In this document: one piece after another, positions 22,101 to 32,800 of the stretch
Layout of the letters: each line of letters starts with the position of its first letter
Position numbering within the stretch: the first letter of the stretch is position 1
Origin: a virus
Virus record (IMG/VR): IMGVR_UViG_3300032282_005033
Location: 1 to 64,000 of that record
Length of the DNA: 64,000 nucleotides
Direction: 5' to 3' (one strand)
Notes under the pieces: model-generated
The model's input: the letters and a program-made list of their open reading frames with translations, nothing else
Told to the model about the DNA's origin: nothing
The model's database searches: none
Program-made: the position numbers and the translations under genes

Positions 22101-23872
22101 CAACATCATATGTGACAGTTGCTGTATCATTTTCTATATAATCTTCATAGTAGGAAATATAACTATCGTATACGATGTTTATCGGTTCATAAGCTGGTTC
22201 TGTATTTTCAAATTTCAAACCGCTAACTCTAAGACCAAATGAGTACTTATTTATTTCTTTATCAATTTTTTCTAATTTAATTCTAGCGTCTTCAAAATCT
22301 CCAACTCCAGGTTGATACACTTCAGAATAAAAACTTGTCGTTGCTGCATCTAGTATCGTTGGCAGAGACGATACGCCCTCCTGTTTTGCTCCAGCGTAAT
22401 CCCAGTAAGATTCTCCCCACTTAATATAACCATAATTAGATGGATATTGAGTATTAAGATACTGTACAAAATTTATAAAATTATCTGTAGGAATTCCTTC
22501 TTTAGTAAAATATTTGGCTATAGATTCTAAGTCTGAAATTTCTAATACCTCTGGTGTGGCTCCTAGGTAGTCAGAGTTTGGCGTAGCACCAAAAGCCCTC
22601 CATATATCCAACTCTCTTCTTAAAGTTAATTTAAAGTTATTAGAGTTAATGGCCGGTGGATTTTGGTTAACATCAAGTATTCTTTTTGCGAAATTAGAAT
22701 TAGACTCTAGATATAATCTTTGTAAACCAACCCTAAGGCCAAATTCATCAAAGCTGTTAAACATCTGAGTAGTTACTGGATTAACTAAAGTATTATCTAT
22801 ATATAAGTTTTTAAATTCTTTAATTGTTATTAATTCTCCAGAAATGAAATTATAATAAAAAACATAATCAGTTGTTCTATGATCTAAAAGATCTTTTATT
22901 GTAGAAACCCTTGCCAGTTCTGCGTTGTCACCAGTAACTTTAACAAATCCAGGTCTTACTGGTGTATATGTATAGGCCCAAGCTATTTCTGTTTGATCTG
23001 CTGAATTTATAAAAGAATCTAATTCAATCCTACTTATCAATTCATCTACTCTATCCAGGTCGTCATTTATTAATGAATTAATTAATTTACCAGCTGTAGT
23101 TTCTGGGGTAGCCAATGATGGCGTTGCTCTTTCTAGAGAGTCAGAATAAATCTTGGTCCATGATGGAAAATTAGAAAGAATATTTCTAGTATGGTCTGAT
23201 ATTACTGGAGAAATAATATCTTCTATTTGTATTTGAACTAATAGCAGGAAGTTTGCATCGTCCAATGATGACGTTGAGTTGAATATAACTTCAAATTTTG
23301 AATATCTTTTTACATCTCTTAAAAAGAGTAAAGTAGTTTTATCGTTAATATATGCTATCTGTTGCCACTCGGATACTTGTGCATCATCTTGCGATGATGC
23401 GTAGATCTTTATTTCGCAACTAGGAACTTCTGTACCAGGTAAGTTTGTTAGGGCATTTTTATATCCAATAATATCTATTCTAGAACTGGTATCAACGAAT
23501 CTATATGGTTGAACCGTACCATAATCTTGCCCTAAGATCCAATATGGAGAAGATTCAGTAAAATTAAAAATATAATTTCCATCTTGATCCTGAGCGTTTT
23601 CAAAAACTGAATATGTTCCGTACGTTCTGGTCTAGAAAAAATTCACCATAATTTGTTACTGTTGCATAGGGGCCTATTGTTGGAGTGGCGTTAGGTAAAA
23701 TTTCCGTTCCAACAAATGTATAATCACCAAGTGGGTTGATTCCAGTTGCTGATCTTATAGTTGAGTAATTTGAATAAAATCTATTTGAATAAAGATCTAT
23801 AACATTGGACGTCCACGTATTACCTGATATGTTAAAATCAGTTTTATTTAACGCAAGGAAGTATGTTTTCAT
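19132..23872 (-). CDS. Baseplate wedge/tail protein, 1579 aa, joined by +1 recoding at CGGA (23620-23617)
   Basis: The 90-aa ORF (ATG 23872, with RBS) and the 1377-aa ORF are one gene. The second frame is open from 23631 down to 19132, i.e. about 120 codons upstream of the tracked TTG at 23265. The junction reads DQNV-[CGGA]-TYSVFENAQDQ. Confidence 0.75.
23617..23620 (-). other. +1 recoding site 1 (GTA CGG A)
   Basis: In-frame CGG followed by A, inside an overlap of about 10 codons bounded by a +1-frame TAG (23632-23634) and a 0-frame TGA (23600-23602). Confidence 0.8.
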
Positions 23873-23890
23873 TTACCCTTATTCCTAGAT

Positions 23891-25162
23891 TTATACTGCA
23901 TCAAGCCATATTGAGTACTCTGAGGTCACACCGTGTTCTGGGTGCACAAACATTAAGTGCTGACATGGTCTACTCATAGAGTGAAAATACTCCTGTGCAT
24001 ATGTGTTGTAGCTTTCTGGAGAACCAGATATTCTCAAGGTGGAACTTCCTAGTGTCATCTTTGCCTGTTGATGGTAGTGGCCCATAAATACATCTTGGAA
24101 TTCTTCTGGGATTGCCCCATCTTTCCAACCCATTACTTTTCTATAGTAACTAGTAATTGAGTTTGGTGATGGCATTTGGTCTCCGTGGATCAAAAGAGTT
24201 GAATAATCACCAATTTTATCTACTGCATACCAGTGTCTTTCGCCTCTTCCATCTGGAATATTAAAATTAATTCTTTCATTCTTGGAAAATATAAGACTAG
24301 TTATCTTATATAGTAATCTATCCATATTCGATTCTGGGTCATACATTTTGCGGTTTCTTCCACCAACTGATCCATGGTTCCCAATAACTGCAGTTACATT
24401 AACTTGCTTAAAGTTTTCTAGTGCTGTTCCAAAGAACTTACCCAGTATCTCAGGACCATTAACACCAACCTGCCTATAAATACCTGAATCAATCAAATGA
24501 CTTTGTCCTGGAAAAATCTCTTCACCCTCAACAATATCACCCAACATCCAAACATGCAGGTTATCAATTGGATGGTCTGCTCTTTGGATTTCAACTATCT
24601 CTAACATTTTTTCTGTATAGAGTTCTATTCTTTTTGCAGCTATTTCAGAATTATAATCTGGGGTAACTTTTCCTAACTGCCAATCGGCAAAGACGACAAC
24701 AGCAGTTTCTGGTGTGCCCTTACCACCCTTACGAGGCTCTCTTCTTTGTATTTCTGGAAGCTTAAAATTAGCAAAAGCATCGTAGGCTGCTCTATAAATC
24801 GTTTCTGATGCTTGTTCACTTATATTTTTATACTTGTCTGCAGAACGAGCTAATCTTTTATTTTCTGATCTCAGAAAATCTATTGTTGAAGATGGTACTG
24901 TGCTCGTTAATGGCGCAGGAAAATCTTCATCATTTTCATTAAACGACATCTCATCAACTGTATCGTAGAATGAATCTTGACCCGTTGCAAAATAACGTGA
25001 TGCTTGCTCTTCGTCAACTTCTTTTGCAAAAACATTGTCTGCCAATATATCACCAGGGAGGTCGTCTTCTCCCTCCACCAAGCCTCTCGCGTGCTTCATA
25101 TTTTTGGCTTTTATTATATGAGTTTTAGTGACAAGAAATAGCTTGTCTGACATAAGTACCAC
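23891..25162 (-). CDS. Calcineurin-like metallophosphoesterase / putative exonuclease
   Basis: Motifs ADWQLG, GDIVEG, GNHG, HGD and GHYH are in canonical order. The likely start is ATG 25153. Confidence 0.85.
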   Translation of the reverse strand: MVLMSDKLFLVTKTHIIKAKNMKHARGLVEGEDDLPGDILADNVFAKEVDEEQASRYFATGQDSFYDTVDEMSFNENDEDFPAPLTSTVPSSTIDFLRSENKRLARSADKYKNISEQASETIYRAAYDAFANFKLPEIQRREPRKGGKGTPETAVVVFADWQLGKVTPDYNSEIAAKRIELYTEKMLEIVEIQRADHPIDNLHVWMLGDIVEGEEIFPGQSHLIDSGIYRQVGVNGPEILGKFFGTALENFKQVNVTAVIGNHGSVGGRNRKMYDPESNMDRLLYKITSLIFSKNERINFNIPDGRGERHWYAVDKIGDYSTLLIHGDQMPSPNSITSYYRKVMGWKDGAIPEEFQDVFMGHYHQQAKMTLGSSTLRISGSPESYNTYAQEYFHSMSRPCQHLMFVHPEHGVTSEYSIWLDAV

Positions 25163-25172
25163 TCTTTCAGTT

Positions 25173-26342
25173 CTAATAACCTTGTGAAGACATTATAACA
25201 GAAAATAGCGATACTGTCCCAGCGATCATATATTCTCTATCAGTTGGTAATCTGAATAAACCTTTTGGCAATTCTTGGCCCTTTGAGGTAACGCTTAGTA
25301 TATTCACTGATTTTATTAATTCAGAAGAAGCTCTGATTTGGGCTTCTAGTGCAGCAAAATCTAATGATCCGCCTATTGTAAATGAATTTAAATATCTTTT
25401 CACAAAGAGATTTGCCTGGCTTTCAAGTGCATTGATTGTACTTTGCCCTAATCCTTGCGGCAAAACGATGCTTGCTACAACCCCAATAGGTACCCTGTCT
25501 GCCAGTCTTATGTTCAACTTAATACCAACAGGTTTTCTTGCTGAAAGGGTTGAGAGTATATTTTGAACAAAAGATGGATCAACTCTTTGTGATTCTGGGA
25601 CAACAATCACATCGCATGAACCAAGGCCGTAAGAAGATTCTCTTATCCTAACATCTCTTACTCCAGGAATAGAAAGTGCGTTTAACCTCATTGCTTCAGT
25701 TGTCCCATATGATCTTTCTTTTATTGAAAGACTTATTCTTCTTCTGTAATTGTCGTCACTTTCCATACCAGAAACAGAATAAACTTCTTTTGGATTTGAA
25801 CAATAGATTATTGTTCCATCCGCAGAAACAAAATTGTGTTTAGTTAATGATCCTTTAGCTGCAGTAAAATCAGCTGTATTAAAATTAGCTGAAACTCTAC
25901 CATAAGCCCTTGTTGTGCTAGCTAAAATTATAACGTTTGAATTTAAAATATATTGATACTGTCTTTCAGCAAATTCGGTAACATCATTATAGATATATGT
26001 TCCAGCTGGAATAACGATATCAGAAGCTGCTGGTGTAGCTATATAAAATTCAATATTAAAGCTGTCAGTTTCTTGTTGGACATCTGGAGAAACTGTTTTC
26101 CTAGATACACCATACAGGGCTCCAATCATGTCCAGTGATCTTCCAGATGCCGTGGCAATAGAGCTTTGATCAACTGCAAACTTTAACGCTTGATAAAGAT
26201 CTCCTACTTCTACTGCAACTGATTCAGCAAATGCCCTAACAATTGAGCCAGGATATGTTGCAGTAATGTTTGCATTCTTTTCTAAAGAAAGCAACATCCT
26301 TCCTAAAATCTCAGTGCTTGTTTTACTGTTTACTACTGGCAT
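25173..26342 (-). CDS. Baseplate J-like wedge protein
   Basis: PGSIVRAFAE, ATASGRSLDMIGALYGVSRK, G.ESDDNYRRRI and ALSIPGVRDV are typical Baseplate_J motifs. Confidence 0.88.
   Translation of the reverse strand: MPVVNSKTSTEILGRMLLSLEKNANITATYPGSIVRAFAESVAVEVGDLYQALKFAVDQSSIATASGRSLDMIGALYGVSRKTVSPDVQQETDSFNIEFYIATPAASDIVIPAGTYIYNDVTEFAERQYQYILNSNVIILASTTRAYGRVSANFNTADFTAAKGSLTKHNFVSADGTIIYCSNPKEVYSVSGMESDDNYRRRISLSIKERSYGTTEAMRLNALSIPGVRDVRIRESSYGLGSCDVIVVPESQRVDPSFVQNILSTLSARKPVGIKLNIRLADRVPIGVVASIVLPQGLGQSTINALESQANLFVKRYLNSFTIGGSLDFAALEAQIRASSELIKSVNILSVTSKGQELPKGLFRLPTDREYMIAGTVSLFSVIMSSQGY
25192..25200 (-). promoter_or_regulatory. Extended -10 promoter (TGTTATAAT) for the metallophosphoesterase
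   Basis: Lies inside the 3' end of the baseplate-J gene, about 40 nt upstream of the phosphoesterase start. Confidence 0.5.
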
Positions 26343-26355
26343 AAGGTTCCTATCT

Positions 26356-26742
26356 TTAAATATTCTGTGTTACCGATAGTGTAATCGGTTCAAATCCATT
26401 ATCTTCAATATGTACATCAAATCTTATTGAATTAGCAGAAGTTGGTATTGCATCAATTGATATCCTTCTTCCCCTAAAAACTCCACCCTTTGTTTCATTT
26501 TCTAAAGCATCTCTTATTATTCTTTTTCCCAATTCACCAGTTGACTTACTCTGCGGCATTCCTTTTAAAAGGGATAGATCGCAACCAAGCGTTGGGTATA
26601 TTGTAAAGTCATTTGGCTCAGTCATAAGACGAAGGTATATTTGTTGAGTATCTTTTTGTGCCAAACTTTGAGTCATGGCTATATCTTTATTTGGTGATAT
26701 CCTTATATCCCCACTAAGATCAAAATAAAAATCGCTCATCAT
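26356..26742 (-). CDS. gp25-like baseplate/sheath initiator protein
   Basis: Q.IYLRLMTEP.DF..YPTLGCDL pattern, located directly upstream of baseplate J. Confidence 0.8.
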   Translation of the reverse strand: MMSDFYFDLSGDIRISPNKDIAMTQSLAQKDTQQIYLRLMTEPNDFTIYPTLGCDLSLLKGMPQSKSTGELGKRIIRDALENETKGGVFRGRRISIDAIPTSANSIRFDVHIEDNGFEPITLSVTQNI

Positions 26743-27428
26743 TTATCCAAATCGTTTGTAATCCAAGGGAAATTTTGGGTATTATTAGCTTTACCCAGGT
26801 CATTATTATTAACCTTTTCTAACGCTGTAGCAAACGAATAACCCTCTTCCATATAACCCTTAATTAAATCTACTTCAGAATCAGAATGTGTTTTTGCATA
26901 ATTGTCAAGCAATGTTTTTTGCTCAAACGACATACCTGATGGGTCTTCAGTTGGTTCTTCAGTTTGCTTTTGTGCTATTCCAAGGCCATATTCTCCAATA
27001 ATAGTAATAGGAGTGATGACTTGGTCTTCGGTAAAATCTTGTAAATTATTTAAATAATGGTTAGTCCTATGATAGGCCGGATTGTTTAAAAAGTCTCCAG
27101 TTTTTAAAAGAGCTGGCTCATTATACACATCAGATGCTGGATTAAAAGATTTATCATTCCATCTCAGTCCATCATCATCTCTACAAAAGAATTTTATTGA
27201 ATCTGCAAAAAACGAAATACTTCTAGTATTTGGGTTTATAACAATACCTATACCAGGTGCTGCAAATATCTCTATCTCCCCACCATCAGCTATTCTCATA
27301 AAGCCCTTATTGTCTGGATGGGTTAAGCCAACTTCTCTATGGGAAAATTCTTTTCTTTTTTTTAATTCCGCAGATTCATTAAATACATTGGACATTTTAT
27401 TTTCTGGTTGGTCTGAATTATAAATCAT
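26739..27428 (-). CDS. Putative baseplate spike-associated protein (229 aa)
   Basis: Short-beta-strand segment (GFMRIADGGEIEIFAAPGIGIVINP), located between the spike-like gene and gp25. Confidence 0.5.
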   Translation of the reverse strand: MIYNSDQPENKMSNVFNESAELKKRKEFSHREVGLTHPDNKGFMRIADGGEIEIFAAPGIGIVINPNTRSISFFADSIKFFCRDDDGLRWNDKSFNPASDVYNEPALLKTGDFLNNPAYHRTNHYLNNLQDFTEDQVITPITIIGEYGLGIAQKQTEEPTEDPSGMSFEQKTLLDNYAKTHSDSEVDLIKGYMEEGYSFATALEKVNNNDLGKANNTQNFPWITNDLDK

Positions 27429-27430
27429 TT

Positions 27431-27794
27431 TTACACCATAAACTTAGGTATGCCACTATCAATTGAAGTATTTCTCATATTTTTGTGGGATTGCGGTTCG
27501 TTAAAATACATCATTATATAAGGTTCATTTTCATGTTCATCCCTAAACCCAACCAAGCAACGGGTTCCAGGAGATGGGGCAACAGACTGGACGCCATAGG
27601 TAAATGGGCAAGGTACATTGGGTAACATATTTCCGTATTGAACTTGAAAACTTTTCATCAACCATAACTGTCGCTGTATTTTGGCCAGAATTATATATCA
27701 TGATTGTTCCAGGCCTAGTTTTATTTCCCTTAAACTTTGCATCTTCTATGTGATCAAATATTTTTTTATCAAATTTTGGATATTTAATTACCAT
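27431..27794 (-). CDS. Baseplate spike OB-fold-like protein, 120 aa, joined by +1 recoding at CGGA (27635-27632)
   Basis: The fusion reads RPGTIMIYNSGQNTATVMVDEKFSSSI-[CGGA]-NMLPNVPCPFTYGVQSVAPSPGTRCLVGF, one continuous gp5/gpV N-terminal OB-fold pattern spread over two frames. Confidence 0.75.
27632..27635 (-). other. +1 recoding site 2 (ATA CGG A)
   Basis: In-frame CGG-A at the point where the spike motif switches frame. Confidence 0.8.
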
Positions 27795-27796
27795 AA

Positions 27797-29885
27797 TTAT
27801 ACCTCATTTCCTTGATCATCAAATTCTGTACCAGCCATCCATTTTTCTATATACGGATATGGTTTTTGATTTTTAAACTTTTCTCTTACCCAAGTTTTAA
27901 GACCATCAATAGATCCACCAACACTTTGATATGCACTTACTGCTGTAGCAAATTTTATATTAAAAATAAAACCAACGGTACTTCTACTTTTACCTTTCCA
28001 CTCATAGTCTCCCCATGCAGCAAACAGATAACTATTTAATGGTTTATTATTTTTAATTGCGTTTGCCGCTTGCACCTCACCAGCAGCTGCCGTACCTAAC
28101 ATTAATGCTTGGTTATATGGGATAAAAACTCTTGAATCTATTGTTTGTTCACTGCCTAAATCAATTAGTTTTTTAGATAAACTTGTTGGGTCATTATCTG
28201 AGTCTACGCTATAACCTAACTTATAACCTAAAACAGAATCATCTGATGGATACTTTAAAACAAACTTCTTTGGACCGTGTCCTCCAGGAAGTAAAGTAAT
28301 TTGAAACATAGTAACAGAAAAGTCGCCTCCAGAAGTTTTTAGATTAAGGGCTGCTGGTCTACTGCTTCCTTCTCTTACTGAGATTGCTGTAAAAATAGCT
28401 GCCATTTCTGGACTAAACATTCCCGAAGTAGACAATAACGCCATAACCTCATCTGGTGTAAGACTTTCATTTACTTTACCTTTATAATTATTCTTGAATT
28501 TATCTACATCTACATTAGTAGATCCGGTATTTCCACCTAGAGGCATTCCTGTTAGTTCCGAAGCTATTTCTGGAGTAATAAAAGACCCAGCTCTTTGAGG
28601 GCTAAAACTTATGTGTATATGATTTCTGTGAGAAGAATCCACGCCAAAGTTAACGAATGGAGCTAATTTAGGATACTTTAATCTTATTGCAGAGTTTGCG
28701 TTTTCTAAACCATCTTCTATACCAAACTCAGATCTTAATTGATCGTGTATAACTATAAGGTCTGGATGAAGATCCCAGGAGATTGTTTGAAGATTTGTCA
28801 AAAGACAATCTAATGCTTTTCTATAATTGTCAACTGCAACTCCTGTAGGGATTTTTTGTGCTGCACTTGTCCCTACATTGGGCATTATATCGAACCCTCT
28901 GCCAAAAGCATGATCGCTGACACTGTGATTCTCTGCCGATAGAGTACTAAAGTTTGGTCCAATAATTGCTCTCCAGCCCATACCTCCTTCAATATACATT
29001 CTATTAGTTAATTGTAATAACAACTCTAATAATGCTGCGGAGGGATAACATAATTTTGATCCACCACCTAAATACTGTGTTGGTACAGCTTGAGCCTCCA
29101 TAGATCCGCTAACGTAACTTGCCTCTTGTGTTATCTCAAAGCCTAGTGCACCTAAATTTTGTCCCTCATGTTTTACCCCACTACTATCTGTATATGAGTT
29201 ATCATTAAAATTTATTGATGCATTTGAAACTGTACCCTTAAAATTTTCTTTACTGTTTAACTCAGCCATTTTTTGAGCATAGACATCTTTTTCTTGTTGC
29301 GTTAACAATTCTTGTAATGCTATTGGTCTACTCCCACCATTAAGGGTTTGAGCATTAGGCGCAGATACATATCCTTGAACGGTATGTGCAAGTGCTTGTC
29401 CGCATGTCTGTTGTTACAACTCCACCTGATTCTCCTGGTTGAATCGTAAAATTGATAATTGAATCATTTAATGCCCTCATCGTTCCCTCAAAACCAGAAG
29501 GAGCAATACCAGTATTGAGTATAGTTTGTTTTGCTATTTCCATTTTTGCTGCAGCTCCGGTCAATGGAGCTCCATTTGGGTCATTAGGATCTGTTATTTT
29601 AATGTCATCATTTATATCTGCCATTGAGGCTATTATCCCATGCATTGCGGACTGTGTGCTTTGCGTATAAGAATTAAGTGCAAAAGCTGGGTTCCTATAA
29701 ATTCCATCTCCTTGTAATATTTTTACTGGGTCAGAACTTCTTAGGGTTCTATCCTCATAGGATAGTTGAGACATGCTAGTATTTTTAATAACCATTTCTC
29801 CATTTGGATAATAGAGATTACTAAGTCTGTCCGTTAGCCCCTGCGTACTATTAAGATCTGATGGATTTATATTTGTATCTGACAT
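27797..29885 (-). CDS. Tail-associated lysin (M15-like Zn peptidase plus lysozyme/SLT-like domain), 695 aa, joined by +1 recoding at CGGA (29402-29399)
   Basis: SDHAFGRGFDI...HRNHIHISF (M15/Hedgehog-type Zn motif) and AISVREGSSRPAALN...DFSVTMFQI (SLT-like). The +1 frame is open from 29401 through the tracked TTG at 29308. Confidence 0.72.
29399..29402 (-). other. +1 recoding site 3 (ATG CGG A)
   Basis: In-frame CGG-A four codons after a +1-frame TAA. The 0-frame tail RTSTCTYRSRICICA* looks out of frame. Confidence 0.8.
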
Positions 29886-29895
29886 TTTTACCTAT

Positions 29896-32800
29896 TTACG
29901 TTGGATTTACTTTTACTAATTCTGGATTCAAACTACTATTTAATGCTGGACCAGAAATATAATTTAAAGTTTCAGTATATACTCTGGCTAAGTTATTTAC
30001 AACTAACTCCCAGTTAAGCGTTATAGGAGAGCCATCATCATAGTACTCATCCCAACTAACTACTGGCCATTCTGAAGCTTTATCATAAACTTTTTCAAGT
30101 ATAAGTAAATTAACTAAAACATCAAAAGATCTTAATTCAAGTTGGGTTAACTTACCAAGTGGATCTCCAGTTTCTGGAAGATGTTCAGGATCAATTTCTA
30201 AGTATTCACTATATTTGCCATTCTGATAATTGACTGAAGTTGTTTTTAATAAGTTGTCATACTCTAAATAAAGTGTATCAAATCTAGTTGAAATTACAGA
30301 AGCTGGGTTAATAAGTTCTTTAGCTTTATCTTTTACATAAAGAATTGAATCTGACGTACCTTCTGGTATTGCCAAGAAAATTGATTTTAATTTATTAATT
30401 ATATTTTGTTTTGAATTTGGATCTGTTTTATAAAACACAGTACCCATGTATCTATGCTCGCTATAGTTGCTTGCGTTTGGCTCTCTTGCTATTGAGTAGT
30501 TGGCAATATTATTTTTTGTAGCTCCAGCCTCTAAATCATCTGCAGTAAGAATCATGTCTGGCCTATTTGGATTAATTCTTAAAGCAATTAATTTATTATA
30601 AACTCTTTCATTAGTAAACACTAAAGCTTTTGACGCCGAAGATTGTGGATCAACAACAGCTATATCTTGCGATACAGTTATTTTGTCTAATTCTGCTGTG
30701 TTTATTCCATCAAAACGAATAGCATATGGTTCTTTTATGTTTCCAAGAACATCAACAACTTCAAACGTGTCACCGTCTCTAACATGAGTAACCCTGACTA
30801 TTGTTTTGAAATATTGATTCAGCCCAGTTTTTTCTGGACCCAACCCAGAATATTTCAACAACTCTGCGTGAACTATAGCGTTTTCTAAACTTGTATATCT
30901 AACTAAATTAGATATTTGCTTTTCTTTCCAACCTAATGACTTAAGAAGATCGTCTGATCTAATCCAGGCATAACCGCTTTCTGATTTTACATTGGTTTTT
31001 ATTCCTAAAGCTTTTGGTAAAAGTCTCTTTGTACTTGCTCTGCCAACGACCATTCCTTGGAAATTAGATAAACCAGCATCCATAGCTTGACCATTTTTAC
31101 TTAAGTATTGGATATAGCATCCGTGTTGGTCAAGTACATTATCTCTTACCCATTTCCAAGCACCCCACGCAGCATCGGTGAGTAGGGCGCCTGCACCAGC
31201 AACCATACCAGAGACTATGGGCCCTGCAGGCATAGTGGCTATTGTTGCTGCGGCTGTTACAACCGGCATAACAATTCCTGCAACGATAGCTGCCCCAGCT
31301 TGATTGCCTTGATTGCCAGTACTAGCTTTTATCATTTCTTTAATTTTTGCAGATCCTTCTGGCATAGTGTCGGCCACTTGATTTGCCTGAATGTCTTTTA
31401 ATAGCGCTGAATGTCCATGGGTATATTGTATGCCACCCATCATTTGATCTTTAAGCAAATCGCTTAAATGGTCAACAGAAACTTCACCAGTCATTGTTGT
31501 AAGTGGATTATTTGATTTACTTGATAATAACATTCTTGTATCGTTTCTTAAGTTTTGCATACTGAACCTTGATGCTATCCAAGACGACATGAACCATCTT
31601 GCTGGGTCATTAACTGTAACAAAGGCATTTGGTTTTATGCTGGTTATAAAACCAGTTTCTGGGGTAAAATGATGAACTACTTGCTCTACTTCAAATATGC
31701 CATACATTCTTTCATAAACATCAGCAAGATAGACCAAATCATGAGGTCTAATATCAGTATTGCCAATAACTATTATTTCCCCATCATAAATATCTTTCAA
31801 AGACTCTTTAAGATGAGCTAATGCAACTCTTCTTGCAGAAAGTTCATCTGGATCTCCCGATGCTGCTTTAGCTATACCTCTAGCTGTTTGCAGAGGGTGA
31901 AATATGGGATGTAGTATTCCCCATACGCCTTCGCCCTTAACGTTATCAAAATATAAACCAGTTTCAACAGTTTTTTCAACTTGTTTTTCTGGTGGAGCTG
32001 ATTTGTCTAATGAAACAGTAACTGGATATTTCCCATCTGATACAGCTGTTATTTGAGTTGCTATACCACCAGTATTTTCTTTTATGTTATTGCTTAATAT
32101 ATGCGTAAACGAACTTATATAATGTAATCTTTGGAATGGTTCTCTAACTTCAACTACTGGTTCACCATATTCTCTGGTGAATGGATTATCAACAGCGCGT
32201 AACAGTGTGCCGGGTCTACCTAGTGAATAATAAATTGAATCATTATAAGCTTTGTTTAATATATTTGCTTGTTTTGTAAAATTCTCTAATTCATTTAATC
32301 CATAACCCATTTGAGCCATAGACATCCTAAACATGTTGAGCAAATTACCAAGAGAAGCCGTAAACGCATGATATATCGGGCCTATATTCCTATTCCAAAA
32401 ATTATTAGCGTCTTCTGCAACACCTTGGATCCAGTTACTTGAACCATTACCTTCATGGGCATTTTTTTGTAACAATGATTTAAGCTTACTATCACTTGTT
32501 GAATATTCTGCTTTATAATCTATAAAGGCTGCCCATATTTTGTCGACAGGTCTAAAGCTCCATTGATCGTTTTCGTCATTGCCAATGTTAAATCCAGCTA
32601 CTACTGGTGCCAACACAGGCATCGTGCCCATAACAAACTGAGTTGTTCCACTTGGATTAAAACGTTTTTTATCTGGTCTTAAAACTAACCATGCCCTAGA
32701 GTATGGGTCTTTCCAAAGTTTTTGCCTAAATAAACCAACCATCATCAAATAAAGTTTTTTGGGTGTGTCTATTTTAGCTAGCATTTTTTGTGCATCTTCG

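Noticed and set aside
23600-23606. Shifty-stop (RF2- or Euplotes-like) +1 frameshifting at the 0-frame stops, e.g. TTT TGA here or AAA TAG at 42208
   Set aside because: Possible for site 1 alone, but the stop contexts differ among the five sites. It would also keep junk-like tails and would delete the LPNVPCP spike motif at site 2.
23632-23641. T6 run (GAA TTT TTT CTA) as a slippery site or homopolymer error for site 1
   Set aside because: A +1 shift there runs immediately into TAG (23632-23634).
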